NCBI GenBank assembly: GCA_973895155.1
Contig: OZ316891.1
Coordinates: 22,271,168-22,335,167 of the forward strand
Direction of reading: 5' to 3'
Origin: Marsupella aquatica
Lineage: Eukaryota > Plantae > Marchantiophyta
DNA: 64,000 bases
Positions within the stretch are counted from its first letter, which is position 1, and every line of letters starts with the position of its first letter. The notes under the pieces are model-generated. The model did not search any database. It was not told the DNA's origin and saw nothing but the letters and a program-made list of their open reading frames with translations. Made by a program: the position numbers and the translations under genes. Below, piece after piece: positions 13,160 to 26,943 of the stretch.

Positions 13160-14760
13160 TACTAGCTACAGTTTTGTGGCATTAGTCAGGGTGAGAATTA
13201 GCTGGGGCATGCTAATCTCACAAGAGAGGTTTAGAGGAGGGACAGACACACTTGCTCGACCTAGCATAACTATAGCTACAGCGGTGGCAGCATTAGTTGG
13301 GGTAAGAATTAGCGGGGTATGCCGTTTGCCCAAGAGAGTTGGAGGCAGACAAGGGACGGCAAAGAAAGAGAGGAGCTACAGTCCTTATTACTGCATTAGT
13401 CAGGGTGAGAATTAGTTGGGCTTCCTGATTCCGCGAGAGAGATAGAGCAGGACGAGGGACAGGAAAGAAAGAAAAACTAGCTATAGCAATGGCGGCACTT
13501 GTCAGGGAGCAAATTAGAAGGTGCGACAATTCGGAGAGAGAGTTTAGAGGTGGGATGGACAGGGAAGAAGGAAACAAAGAACAAGCTAGAGTAGTCGTGA
13601 ATTACTGCACAGTGTAATTCAGTCAGGATGGGAATTAGCTGGGGCTTGCTCATTGTGCAAGAGGTTTTAGAGGGGTGACAAGAACATTTGCTCAACCAAC
13701 CATAACTAGCTACAGTTGTGGGGCTTTAGTCAGGGCGAGAATTTGATTGGTTCCAATGGCACAAGAGTGCCAGAGGCGTACAGGACATAAAAGGATGAAA
13801 GAAAAGCCAGCTACAGTAGTGGTACCAGTAGTCAGGGTGAGAATTAGCGGGGCTGGCCAATCGCAAAAGAGAGTTGGAGGTAGACAAGATACAGGAAAGA
13901 AAGGAAGAAAAACTTGCTACAGTAGCGGCAGCGGCAGTTTACAGTACTTAGGGCAACAATTAGCAGGGTTTGCCCAATTGCCCGAGAGAGGTAGAGGTAG
14001 ACAGGGACAGGGAAGAAAATTAGCTATAGGACTTCGGTGTTTGTAGCTACATCGGCAGTGCTGCAGTAGTCCGGGTGATTACTATTATTAGTGAGGGCTT
14101 GTTAATCGCACTTCAGTCAGAGGCGGAACAAGGGACAGGAACGAATGAAACAAAATCTAGCTATCAGTAGCGGCGGTGTTAGCCGCGGTGAGAATTAGCA
14201 GGCTTTGCCAATTGCCCGGAGAGTTAGAGGTGGACGAGGGACAAGACACAAGGAAAGAAATACCAGCTGCAGTAGTGGCAGCAGTAGTCAGGGTGACAAT
14301 AGCCGCGCTGGCCAATCGCACTTCGGTTAATTAAAGGCGGAACGAGGGACAGGAAGAAAAAGGAAAAACTAGCTACAGTAGCGGCGGTGTTAGGTAGGGT
14401 GGAATTAGCGGGCTTCGCCAATTGCCCGGAGAGTTAGAGGCGGACGAGGGACAGGACACAAGGAAAGAAAAACTAGCTACAGTAGCGATAGCAGTAGTGA
14501 GGGTATCTCTCCATGGTGATAAAAAAAAAGAAAAAATAGAAAAAAAGTGAGGGTGAGAATTAGCAGGGTTGCCAATTGCACTTCCGTTATTAGAGGCGGA
14601 ACGAGGGACAGGAAAAAAAGAAGAGGAAAAACTAGCTATAGTAGCGGCGGTGTTAGGTAGGGTGAGAATTAGCAGGGTTTGCCAATTGGCCAGAGAGTTA
14701 GAGGCAGCACGAAACCAAGAAAGAAGGAGCTACAGTCGCAGGAGTAGTGAAGCACAGTAC
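13160..14760. repeat. Degenerate purine-rich tandem array, unit ~110-120 bp, more than 10 copies, upstream of the IDM1-like gene
   Basis: Repeated ACTAGCTACAGTAGCGGCGGTGTTAG.CAGGGTGAGAATTAGCAGGGTTTGCCAATTGCCCGAGAGAGTTAGAGGCGGA...GGGACAGGAAAGAAA. Confidence 0.88.
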
Positions 14761-14919
14761 TACTTACTGCAGTAGTAGTATTGACTCCATACACCAGTCC
14801 AGTCCAATCGCGGCGGAGGGTTTTTGCAGTGCTGCTCCATGGAGAGATAGACAGACACAGACAAGAGGACGACGGAGCGACGAAGGAGCAGCTCGGGAAA
14901 AGCTCGGAAAGTGCAGCAA

Positions 14920-15080
14920 GTAGTGAGGAGAGGAGAGGAGAGGAGAATGATGTCGTGACGAGAGGAAGACGAGGAGAAGAGGAGAGTAGAGGAGAGGAAA
15001 GGAAAGGAAAGGAGAGACGGATCGAGAGATTGGGAGAGAGAAAGAGAGCGAGCGAGCAAGCGGGAGGAAGGCGGAGAAAG
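14920..15080 (+). repeat. GA-rich low-complexity tract in the probable 5' UTR/promoter of the IDM1-like gene
   Basis: Runs of GAGAG, GAGGA, GGAAA and GAGC directly visible. Confidence 0.75.
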
Positions 15081-15389
15081 GTGCATACAGCATTTCAACT
15101 GCTTGCTTTGCTTGGAGTCGTGTGGGTTTGCTAGGCAGTGATCCGGAGAGCGAAGCAGTGGGGGAGGCGGAGGTGGATTGTGATGGTTGTGGACGAGGAC
15201 GAGAGTGAGGAGAGAACGAGGGAATTTGGTGGGCAATCGGAAAGATCGGAGGCAGGCATAGAGTTTAGGGAGGGGTAGAATGATGTATGATTACGACTAT
15301 TGGAGGAGGAGGAGGCAGGGAATGAATCTACACTGAGTTGAGCAGGGTTTGAGCAGGGTAGGGAGGGTAGGGCATGAAGGGGTCGATAG

Positions 15390-18300
15390 ATGGACGAGAA
15401 GCGGGTGGATCCCGCGGAGGAAGAAAATAGTGGTGGTGGTGTGCGGGAAGTGAGTGAGGAGGAGGAGGAGGGGGAAGCGGGTGTGGAGCAGGAAAGAGGA
15501 AGGGGAACGGAGGGAGGAGTGGGGAAGAGGAACGAAAGAATGGACGTTGAGACGAGTTCGGGTGGTGGAGGTGTTGGTTCGTCTCCGCGAGGGCATGGCG
15601 GTGTGAGGAGATTTCTGGAGGGAGAACTCGTCGAGGTTGTGTCAAATTACCTGTCGTATGTTGTTTCTGGCGTTGTTTTTTCTTCTCTGGCTTTTTGCTT
15701 CTTCGTAGGTCGTAGGTCTTAGGTCGTTAGGGTGAAGTTGCTGCTGCTGCTCGCTTGTCGTCCTCCCTTGGGATAGGATGGATGTGTGGCAGAGGCAGAG
15801 TCCATGTCCAATTTTGTGGTTTGTCATTAGGGGTTTTGGTTTTGCTACGCACTCAATGATTTGCCGAGGATCGGCTTGGCTTGGCATCGTTTGTTGTACT
15901 CTGTAGTTGTTGTTCCGTGAGAGGCATGCTATCATTGCCATTAGTTGTTGGTTAGGTTTTGTGTTCTTCGTTGTTGTTTGCTTCTTTTTGCGTCGGACTG
16001 GACTCTCTCTTTACCTTTTTTTTCTTTCTTCTTTTCTCGTGGGAAGCAGTGAAGAGGGAGATCCAGTTGGGATGCGATTGGGGGCGCACTAGCAGAGTGA
16101 AACTCGTTCCCATGCTCATTGTGCTTCTTGTGCGTTACGCCTAGATGGATGGATGTATGAATGATAGGATTGGATCAATTTTTCGATCATTGATTCGCTT
16201 GGTTTTTATTCCGAGGGAATGGAATGGATGCCGAGGCGAGAAGTTCTGTGTTGTGTTGTGTTGTGTTGTGTTGGTCGGTTAGGGTTTCGCCCTTTTTCGA
16301 GATGCGGAGCACCTGAGGACTCATTTTTGATTCCTGAATGCTCCATCTTTCCAGGTTCGGCAACGGGAGAAAGGTTTGCGAGGCTCGTGGCACCCTGCCG
16401 TAGTGATTGGGGTGAAGTCGGGCCGCCGTGTGGTTGAGTATGACGAGCTCCTGACTGATGACGGCAAGGAGAAACTCACTGAGAATATACCAGTGGGGAA
16501 GTACGTGGATGGAGGAAGGCTTGGTGCGGCCCGGAAGCCCTGGAAGTCCCCATCTAAGAGGCCCCGTACGTTTCTCAGACCTCGGCCGCCCCCTCTACCC
16601 GATCCTTCAATCAGTTGGTCGAAAGGGCTCTCTGTAGACTGCTACTTTAAGGATGCATGGTGGGAAGGGGTCCTTACTGAGGCCATTACTAATATCAGTA
16701 GGCAGAAGCGAGCTTTGGTCTGGTTCCCTGAGGAGGAAGACTGGGAGGCGATGCCCTTGAAGCACATCAGAGTAGGGCAGCAATGGGATGAGGACACCGG
16801 TACGTGGAGTTTGAAAGGACTTGTTGACATTCCGTTGTCGAAGCGGGCAAGCAATCGTTCCAGGACCATGTCATTGAGTGAGAAGACAAGGGGTTTTGCA
16901 AGAAACCGCCGTAGGAGCTCACCCGATAGCATGGAGTTGGCCATTGCATTGAAGATTGACGGGACCGGCAGTAGCAGAAGGGATGGGGAGTACACCAGTG
17001 CCTGGAATGGTATGGGCAAGACTAAGGATGATCCCGACGCTGAGATATCTGTACAGTTGAATTCTCCGAAAAGTACTTCTGGAATACCTCGGCAAGCTGG
17101 GACTGACCTATCTTCTGGAGATTTACCCAAGGAGCAGAATTCTCCGCTTGCATTACGAACTAGGAGCTCAGAGTCGTCGCCGCTACCTTTTAGTTCTCGT
17201 TCTCCAAGCGTAAGAACTCGTGGGGGATCTGTGTGTGCAGCAGCTCCATCATCCGGAGGCGAAGAGAGTGACAAAGCAGCTAGCGGCCGAAAGGATGGAA
17301 GTGCCGCTATGAATGGGAATGATCTTGGGGGAGCTATTGCTGGAGGGCGAATTGCTAACTCTGGCGGCGGGGTGGACAAGTACAAAATGGACAGGTACGA
17401 AATGGATGGCGATAAATTAATTGTCGTCAGGGAAGAAAGAAGCAGCAATGCAGGTGTTGAGAATGGGAATGAAGTTAAGAATGCCACGGAAAAAGTAGGG
17501 CAAGTGAGCTTACCAAGTAATCTTTCACCTCAGCAAGAAGAAGGAGTAAAGCAGCTGATAGGCTCCGGATGGTCCATCAGCCGGCAATTCCGAACGAATG
17601 GGAAGGCACAATGGCATTATAGATCTCCAAATGGTTGTTTGTTGGGCTCTTTGGTGTCTGCCTTGGGTATGTGTAAACAGATGGAGGTGTACAACAATAC
17701 CAGCGGGGATGACGACAATGCCACTCTTAGCGACGTATTGTCGCCCAAGTCTCAGAGGGGCTCGCCACTTGTCAAGGGTCGTCTTGGAATTGGAACTGGG
17801 AGAACATTGAAGAGCAGCAGACGTATTGGGTCTCCTAGTTCAGTTAAGGAGGGAGGTCAAGAGATGGATCAACTAGAGCCAAGTATCGCTGGGCACGCGA
17901 ACGGGGATGTAGTTTCCAATGTTGGGCCTCCAGCTGGAAGTAATGGTACCTTGAGATCTCCTAATGGCGACTCGACAGTTTTTTCACTGAAATCTCTGTT
18001 GAATTGCAAAAGAAACGCCTTAGACAGTGAGGTCGTTGTGGATGATGGCAAATTGAATGAGCTCAAGCGGAGGAAGGTGCAGGATCCCTCAGTTGAACAG
18101 GATAAACTCAGCAGTTTTCACGCGTCCCTGGCAAGCACAGATCCCATTGAAGGGTCTGACGGTAATACAACAGGTGGTGTTTCTGTGGAGACGACTCCTC
18201 TCCTTGAGAGGAGACCAGCTGAAATCAGTAATTGCTTGGCTGGCGATGGACCTGCTACGGAGACAAGGAGCAAGAAGAGGGCATGTCTGACAGAAAGTTG

Positions 18301-21300
18301 TAAACGTGATCAGGGCAATGATTTGTTTAATAGCACGAGTACAGATGATGGATCACCTTCCATGGAGCATGAACCAAGAAGTAAGAAATGTAAGGTTGTT
18401 ACAGAGCCTAGTTGTTCTTCGGAAGGTAAGAGTAGGAAAAGTCTTGCAATTCTGCAGGAAAGTTCACGGAAAAAAGGATCTACTCCACATAAGGGTGGTG
18501 ATTTGAAACAAGCAAAGAAAAGCACTACCCAAGTGAAGAAGAGCACCTCTCATGTAAAAAAGGGCAAAAAGGGTCGCACTCCATCACGGGCTGGTGTTCG
18601 TTTGGAGGTACTCCTCTCTTCACCAGGAGGCAGTCGTGAAGCAGAAGGTGATCTGTCAAAGAAGCGTACACTCTTGTCATGGCTCATCGATAACGGTACT
18701 GTCAGCGAGCATGAGAACGTGCGTTATCTGCACAGGAAGGATCTCCATTGCATGCTCGAGGGATCTGTAACTCGTGATGGTATTTTGTGTAACTGCTGCA
18801 AGAAAGTAGTGACACTTTCGGTGTTTGAAGCTCATGCTGGAAGCAAGCTCCACAGGCCAAGTGCAAACATATTTTTGGACGATGGAAGATCCCTCTCTGC
18901 ATGCCAAGTCGAAGCTCTTGCAGTGAAAACGCAAAGTGAAACGGATTCTCAGAAGGATCTTGGAGATGGCGCACTTGATAAGAGTGATGATACTTGTGGC
19001 ATTTGTGGTGATGGAGGACAGCTAATCTGCTGTGATCATTGTCCGTCGACCTTCCACTTGACTTGCATGGGTTTGCAGGTATATTCGGTGCACAATTTTC
19101 ACCTCAGTTGCGGTTCTGAATGTTGTCTGTATTCAAGGCCAGTTTCATACGTCAATCGCCCTTGTCGTTCTAAACTACAGTAGATATATGGCAGGGGAAG
19201 TTGCAACTGCACGGAGCTTTAGTTTGGCTTCTTTTTGGACATACCATAGCTTGAATCTGCTTGTGTCTAGAGTTGCTAACAATGTCAGTTCAGGTATAGC
19301 TTGAAATCTTCAATGGGTTGATTAGACATTTTTTTAGTGTTGATTAGACATTTTTCATGAAGTTCTTGTAAGTGAGTTGTGTCTAAGCGACGTGGTCTAA
19401 TAACGTTGCCGTGCACTGTAGAGATATGCATTTTCTTACTCTTACATTTAGTGGAATCTGTGACTGATAGCTGTTTTACCAACTACTACATCGACAGAGG
19501 ACACGTCCAGGACAGTCAATTTATTCGAAGTGAATATCTGCCTGAGCGTAACCATGGATTGCTGTTAACTACTGCCTATGGTGTTATCTTTGACAGAGGG
19601 TTCCTCCTGGAGACTGGTATTGTCCAAACTGTCGGTGTGCAAGTTGTGGGGAAAGCCAATTCATTGACGACCAGACTACTTTCAACGATCTGACAGTAAT
19701 TCTGTGTCAGCAGTGTGAATGCGAATGTAAGATATTTTTGTTTTAAGTGTGAAGATTTTGTTTGTTCGTGTGGCAAGGACATCCCTTGTATGAGCAATGT
19801 GAGCTAGTTGTGTGATTGAAAGTATGGAAACGACTAACTTTCTGTAATTTGTCCGAACAATTGAATGTAAACTTCCGTCGACAGCCCTATCACAAATTTG
19901 ACGAAAATGACTGTAGAGTAGTGTCAGCAGGATGTACTAAGACTAGATGACGAATTAGTGTATAGGTCTGTCAACAAAATCTGTTGTAGATATGCTGCAT
20001 TGGCAGGTTGGCGTTCTTCGGTAATGAAATTAGCTCATCCTTGTGTTTGGAAATTCTCGAGTGTTCTAACGGTACATCTCCTAAGATTCTTAACTCTACT
20101 ACGTGCTGAACATCTGTGCAGATCACGTGAAGTGCTTACGAGAAACAGGATTGAATTTGAGTTGTCGTCCTGAAGGAGACTTTTTTTGTAGAGACAGCTG
20201 CGAAAGGGTATGTTTCAATGAAAACATCTTTTGAGGTGTACATCGCTGTCTTTCAGTAATTCAGTTGATAAGGTGAAGTGCATACAAGTGGCGTATTTGT
20301 GCTCACGCATACGTATTCTGGTGACTGACACTATACCGGCCATTTTGTTGCTTACAGATATTCCAAGGCCTTCGTAGCTTGGTTGGGATCTGTACGCCCA
20401 TGGAGGGTGGCTTTTCATGGACTCTACTCCGATCTGGAGCTGATGATGACAGGAATTCTGGTTGTATTTCGAATACAGAAATAAATGCCGAACACGACAG
20501 CAAACTCTCCATAGCGTTGAGTGTTATGCAAGAGTGCTTTCGCCCAATGATTGATCCTCGCACAAAGATAGACATCATCACTCATGTTCTTTACAACCGA
20601 AGGTGTGCTGGACTCCCATTGGCCATGTCCCGTTGAGTTCACGTCCTTGTACCACTCTTCTATTTGCTTCCGTCAAGTACAACTATTTTTCTACAAATTT
20701 CTCTTGAATGTGGTTCGATTTGAGTTACGAGAATTTGGATGATTAATCAGTGTTGTTCTTTTGGGTGTGCCAGGTCGGATGTAAGTCGATTGAATTATCA
20801 TGGCTTTTACACCATGCTATTAGAAAGAGGAGATGAACTCATCTCAGTTGCTACTATCAGGTTGGCTGCCATCTCAAACCTGGGAAATTGCAGTTGTCTG
20901 GTCACGTTTCCGTTTTTTGCATTCTGATTTGCTCTTAAAGTATTTTTGTTTCTTTGGCAAACAGGCTTGTGACCACTCGTCATAGGGCTCTGACGTTTCT
21001 CTGACTAACCTCGTCCTCTTTGCAGGGTGCATGGGGCAAGGCTTTCCGAGATGCCTTTAATTGGGACCCGCTTTCAGTACCGACGTCAAGGCATGTGTCG
21101 TAGGCTCATGAGTGCTATTGAAAAGGTATTCATATAAAGGCAACTACATTTGAAAACCGTGTGTATACAATTCTTGAAAAAATCTCCTCTTCAGTAGTGT
21201 TTGTTTCATCTTTGCCTTCTCTCTGCGACACATGAATTTACAATCTGTCACTTGCAGATGCTGTTTTCTCTTGGGGTTGAGCGCCTGGTGCTGCCAGCAG

Positions 21301-24300
21301 TACCAGAGTTGCTAGGGACTTGGACTGGTGCCTTTGGATTTCAATCTATGGGTGAATCTGATAGGCTTCAGCTTATGGACTTGAACATTATGGCGTTCCC
21401 TGGAACTTCGACTTTATACAAACGGCTGGACAATGTGGAGCTGGTCCCTGAAGTTCTTCTACCAAGTCAGTATCTCGCAAGTCCCTAGTAATATCTTGTA
21501 ATTTTGGTTGTGAATCGGCTTAGCTTTGTAATTGAATGGATTTGTAGTCGTTCATGGCCAGACCACTTATACTGAAGGATCTCTTGGAACCAAGCGGGAA
21601 GACGTACAGCAGCATCAGTTTTAAAGGTCCAATCTGAGTCGAAGTGGAATTTTCAACTTCTGCAGACCCTCTCTGTGTCTGACGCCTGAGGCATGGGCCT
21701 TCTTCTGTTCGTTGCAGGTAGGGACCAACCACCAACCTGTGCAGCGATAATCGCAACTATTCTACAGAAGGAGCATCCAGCTGGTAAAAAAGTACGTGGT
21801 CGTCCTCCGAAGGCCAAGGAGGAAATCACAAATTCAATCAATGGAGTTGCAGTTGCACTGCCCGAGGCTATCATCGGGGCACCAGAAAAATCTGATCACA
21901 CTGCAAGACATTCAGAATCTTCGGTTGCTTCACAGCATGTAGCCGTAAAACGAGGGCGAGGTCGCCCTCCAAAGAACGGCAACACACTGTTTAAGCCGAG
22001 CGATGGGGCGAAACTTGCAGTCTCGATGGCAGTCGTCAAGGCACATGAACTTGGTGAAGCTGGTTACAACGCAGGATACACGTGCTCTCCCGCCGACGGT
22101 TTTTCCGGGAAAGGTTGGCTTTTTGACTTCCCCGCCTCCTTTCACTAGAGAATTGTGGTTTGAATGTCCACTTGACTCACATTTTCCACCGTCATTATTT
22201 ATCTGATTAAGACCCTTCAGGCTATTGACCATCCATCAGCTTAGGTGGCCACTGCGTTTCTGAGCTGCTTTCTTAGACGAGGCAACCTTGACCGGTTCAG
22301 ATGTGCATATTCAACGGGTTCCGTTGCGTGGTAGTCCGCCAATCGTTCTGGTTTGGTCTGTTGAGTCCTTAAATCCGAGAATACATTACAATGGAGACAT
22401 AACCACGTGGATGCTACTGTCATAATTATGCATAGGGTCTGAGCTCCTCTTCTTCTGTTGGCTAGTGGTATGATACATTACCTCTTCCTGTGTGTGGTAT
22501 GCACCAAGCAGTTTCTGGCTTAGCCGTCGGGGCATTTCTGGGATGATGGACGCATGGGGAGATGGAAAGATGGAACTCATCATGCACCCTTAGATACCTC
22601 TGCATTTATAAGGCCCACCAACCTTAGATACCTCTGCCTTGAATGGACGGCAAGGCAGAAAACCAAGGGATGGGACATGGTGGACTCTTTTCCTTGGATT
22701 GGGAGGACGAGAGAAATGGCTTGTGGGAGAGGACATTGAGAGAAAGGTGTTGTGCTTGAATATTCATAGACCCGGCTGAATACTCTATGTATTGGTTTTA
22801 GTTTGGGTTTCGTTTGTTCAATATCTAATTAGGAGTTTGTTTCGGAAACAGAGATTGCGAGTGATCATGCAACTTTATTGTCATCTCTGCAGAGCAAATA
22901 GTTGCAGTTTAATCACCGCCATTAATTATCATTCTCTTTCAGTCTTAAAAGCAGTACTAACAAAACAACCGAAAATACTTCAATCTCCTCGGCAAATTCG
23001 AGGTTGCTCAAATGTGGCTTTGAAACAAAACAAGCACGTCTTAAAATGGAAGCCTTACGTGACCTAATAGAGCAACCTAATGTAATGAAGGTAAATAAGA
23101 ACTATGACTAGGACCTAAAATAATAGGCTGGGAAAGTTTCTGTCGAGACCCAGTATAATGCAGTTGAATCATCTGACCCAGCAGATTGTGGTTTTACGTG
23201 TTTGTGAGCAGCTTTGAGTGTCACTCAACTTTTCAAAGATGGATGCCATCCACTGGAGCAGGAAACACTGCCTACTGTAGTTCGAAAGAAAAGGGGTCGC
23301 CCACCAAGGGCAAGGATCAATTATAACCTTGGCACTGGAATTCTGTCAGCAACGGCGACGTCTATTCAGGTGGACCAAGTGTCTGGATTTCATGGAGGTG
23401 AGATAGCTGTTCTCATATCCTTTCCATCCAGACTTGTGATTATGAAGTTGGTTGATCATAAGGAAACAAGCAAAGGGAGTACGTGTGAAGTTGCCAGAGG
23501 CAGTAGTGCACTTAAAATCGTGGCAAATTTTGAATTCTACGGTCATGAGAATTGTGGGTTGCATGTTTCAGGCCGAATTCAAGTTTCCACTTCAGCAGGG
23601 GAGGCACAGATGGGGGCAACTCACCGAATAATCCCAGTAAGGTATAAAATCATCTTATGCATGCATGCGTGATGCATTTTTTTCTAGAGCATCCTGCAAA
23701 ACCATCAGTGAGGTGAATCCTGTTCTTCTACCACAGATACCATGCTGTGTAATACAGGTGTACATGGGATGCAGTACAGTGTTGAACAACATGCTAAGCA
23801 GCTTTTTGGAAAGTGCTTTTAGAATCAAGGATGTTGTGGACAGTCGTGAACAGTCAGTTGATATCGGCTGACATGCATCTTTGGCTCACATATTGCAACA
23901 AGTATATATATTTGAATTGACTTCAATACCCACAGGATCCAAGCGCTTGAGCATAACAGAACAGAGGTCGGTAATAGAAAGGATTGTCCGTCATTTCATC
24001 AGACGCAAGAACTTAGATACTGAGAATATTTGCTCACTCTGTTGTTCTTCAATGATGGATGTGTATCAGATGGTGCCTCATGGATATTAACAAATCGAAG
24101 GAGTATTTTCTACCCCTTTGTGCAAGAGCTTGTCTTGACCTTTCTGTTTTTGTTTCAGATCATCCGACGGAAGATTCATATCAACTGAAGTGAGGGGAGA
24201 TGCTGAGTATACTAACGCAGCCATTGCTTCACAAACAACGCGTTCCTTCCGGGAGGTGAATGCCTATTTGTGGGATGCCTTTGGGTCTTGTAGTCATACT

Positions 24301-25313
24301 GTTTGTCGTTGACTACCACGCCTCGTACAAAGACTACATGTTTGTTCATCTATTGCGATCTGCTCTGCTCTGTTCTCCCCGTTTGTGTTGGAGCAAATTT
24401 TGGGTAAGATGTGGGTTAGATTTTTGCTAGTATTGTGTAGAAGTGATCAAGATTCAATGGAGGGTTTTTGATGTCTGCTCCGTGTGTCGACTCAGTAACT
24501 GTTGCATAGATTTCTTCGGGCCTAATCCACAGTTAATGGCGATTTACTGAAGCTCATTTTGTTCTTGTAAATGGCCAGATGAAGAGTCCTATGTGGCTGG
24601 TGAAATCTAACGCCCTGACACGAGAGAGGAGTTGCAGAGCCCTCGCTTTGGAGGCTCAAACTGACATTCCGCCTCTAGAAAGCTCTACGACTCTCAGTAC
24701 CAGGATTTACGAGCGGAGGAAAAGCGGGCTCTCCCCATCGTCTCTAAATGAGCCGCTTTCAACGGAACTAGATGCTGGATCTGATGGAGAACCCATATTT
24801 GGGCATCTGGATTTCTATGATGAGGATTACTTACAACCAGCTGCCTCGTCAGGACATTACGAAGCAGTATCCGTTCCGATTCGTACATTCCCGAGTCAGT
24901 TTGCATCGCGAGGTGACCATAATACCCCCCCTGGAACATTTATTCCAGTGGAGACCATTGTTGTAAATAGCCAATCGAAAGCTGAAAACTTGGATGAGTT
25001 TCTAGTTCCTGAACGTGAGGAGGGCGTTGAGCCTTCTCACTCAGAACGAGAAGAGCAGAAATGTGGAAGTAAACTTCTACTAAGGCTAAAGTTTCCCAAG
25101 AGAAAGATGTCTCCAGATGCCGCGTGTGACCTGGAGATCTCCCAGCCATCCCCCACTCTTAAGCTTCCCAATGGAGGGTTGCTTCCACCTACGTTCACGG
25201 TATCCGATCAGATCAGTAAGGACGTGAATCGGTTTGAGCAGTTTGACCAGGAGCAATTGAAGCAGCCCGAGTCTACAATGGGCAGTCATTGTATTCCAGT
25301 TTCGGTCTCTTAG
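15390..25313 (+). CDS. IDM1-like chromatin protein: Agenet/Tudor-like N-terminus, TDBD/Jas domain, PHD finger(s), GNAT acetyltransferase, three C-terminal AT-hooks. Exons: 15390-15635, 16355-19078, 19597-19726, 20122-20207, 20358-20602, 20774-20860, 21026-21125, 21258-21465, 21718-22113, 23239-23397, 23572-23641, 24159-24255, 24579-25313; ~1760 aa
   Basis: Agenet-like FLEGELVEV|[14 protein letters not shown] and [16 protein letters not shown] region [11 protein letters not shown]...[51 protein letters not shown]|...[34 protein letters not shown]|[35 protein letters not shown]-hooks [14 protein letters not shown] and RGRPPR. All 12 introns are GT-AG and phase-consistent. The exons after the GNAT domain are less certain. 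Confidence 0.88.
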
Positions 25314-25959
25314 TTTAGGTTAGCGTCTGCTCTGGTAGTGGACCTTTGTTAAGCCAAGCTCATTTTGGTGTTTGTAGTGGTGGGATGTAACCCACTGTGA
25401 AATATATTTTTTTGCTTGTGAGTGCATATGTATGAAGCACTGCACAAACAAACCAAACAAACACAGGCCGTTCCTTTTGACCCTTCGAAAGGGTATGAAA
25501 GCCATTTTAGTTTTCAAATGTAGTCCGTTTCGATCCCTCTGGGATCCTGATGTGCAAGTTTCCACATTGCAATTTTGAGTTTGAGGTCTCTCATTTCCAG
25601 GTGCTCGAAATTTCTTCGGAACTTTAGGAACACTCCAAGTTCCTCTTAGATTCCATCCATAGTGTCTTGCTAGCTTGTCAATAAAACCGCGTCCTTGTAT
25701 AGTAAGTACTTCACATGCTCTTGCTTCTGTTATATGTTGCAAATATGACGTTTTTGGAAGTAAAGATCATGAGGTTGATGCCTTCCCCAGGCACTGTCGT
25801 TGGTGTTATGAATTGTCATCACTGAAGCTACCGTCGTCAATCGCTGTCAGAGTTGCTTAGCTTACTCTCTCAACTGGGAATAGGTAATTCTTGAGGCCTA
25901 TTATTAGCTGGGGCGGATCCCAGTGCTAGACACTCCCTCACGGCACTCCTTTTTACTGG

Positions 25960-26166
25960 TTTTCTTCACATTTGCGTGCAACTAATGTCCCTCGGCACTG
26001 ATTTTTGGCAGCCGTTTTCTCAAATTATCTTATGGTGGTGTTGAGCCGACGTCCCTTGGCTCAGCACTAATAACTCTTTGTCGTGGTTGCGCGCAACCCT
26101 GCATTACAGGCTTCGCATCCATTTCTCTTCAGGGACTTCGCGCTCCTTACACTATTGTGCACTTCA
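25960..26166 (+). repeat. Left copy of a ~200-bp diverged direct repeat bounding the MFS block
   Basis: CACATTTGCG...GGCACTGATTTTTGGCAGCCGTTTTCTCAAATT...ATGGTGGTGTTGAGCCGACGT.CCTTGGCTC...AGCACTAATAA...TTCTCTTCAGGGACTT...TGTGCACTT, matching 30945-31180. Confidence 0.88.
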
Positions 26167-26943
26167 CTCGGCACAATAGTGTAAGGAGCGCGAAGGCAGA
26201 TTAAATGCTTGCCTTGTGAACCTTGATTGGAAGGTGATTCGAAGGAAAGGCCAAGTTCCCTGAGATGGTTGCTATCCCTGCTGATTAAGAAATGGGCCAG
26301 GAAATGGACCGGTGACTGATTGCATTGATTGGCTTGCATTTTGTGTGATTCTTACGTTACACGGTTCGACCCATTTTCTTCTCACTTGGTCTCGTGATCA
26401 GGTACACTGATCCTTTTTCTGAAATCCAGAATTTGATTGTGAAGGTGATTGAATTCTGAATTTCAGCCACGTTCACTGTCGGCTCCAATGACTCCCAACC
26501 TGCCTTTTGAGACGACATCAACCCGGAGAAGAGAAATCACACGTGATCAAACGAACAAGCTTTCGGATGATTGTATTCAACTTTTTCTTCGCTTTGCAAT
26601 CTGTGGACGGGAGGAAGAAAAGTATCCCTTGTCACAACATTGGTTACAATACTTCCATGTCTCCTTCATCATCCAATACTTCTGAAACAGTTCGACTACT
26701 ACTTCATTACGAAATCGTCGACCATTTGAGTTGACGAAGAGGTAGCCAGCCAGAAGGGAAAACCCACAAAAAGATGGTTTCCTTTCTACTTCACAAGATC
26801 ATTTTCGATTCCTTGTCATCAAGGTACTCGAGGTTTGCAGCTTTTGGAGAGCTGAGAGAGCTGAGCGCAGATAGAGGCAAGAATCTGTCTCTTTTTGGTA
26901 AAGGTAACCATGAAATTGGCCCACTTTCATCTCTTAGTAACCC

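Noticed and set aside
4255-14760. Repeat arrays at 4255, 5186, 11726 and 13160 as CRISPR-like arrays
   Set aside because: Whole units are similar and degenerate, with no invariant repeat alternating with unique spacers. No cas genes are present and the context is eukaryotic.
14760-15645. Leu/Ser/Pro-rich minus-strand ORFs
   Set aside because: They are translations of GA-rich low-complexity sequence opposite the first exon and leader of the IDM1-like gene.
16642-17487. 281-aa antisense ORF and other shadow ORFs over the SUT, MFS, BioF and 60716 ORFs
   Set aside because: They overlap stronger coding frames and have no recognisable motifs, as expected of by-products of codon bias.
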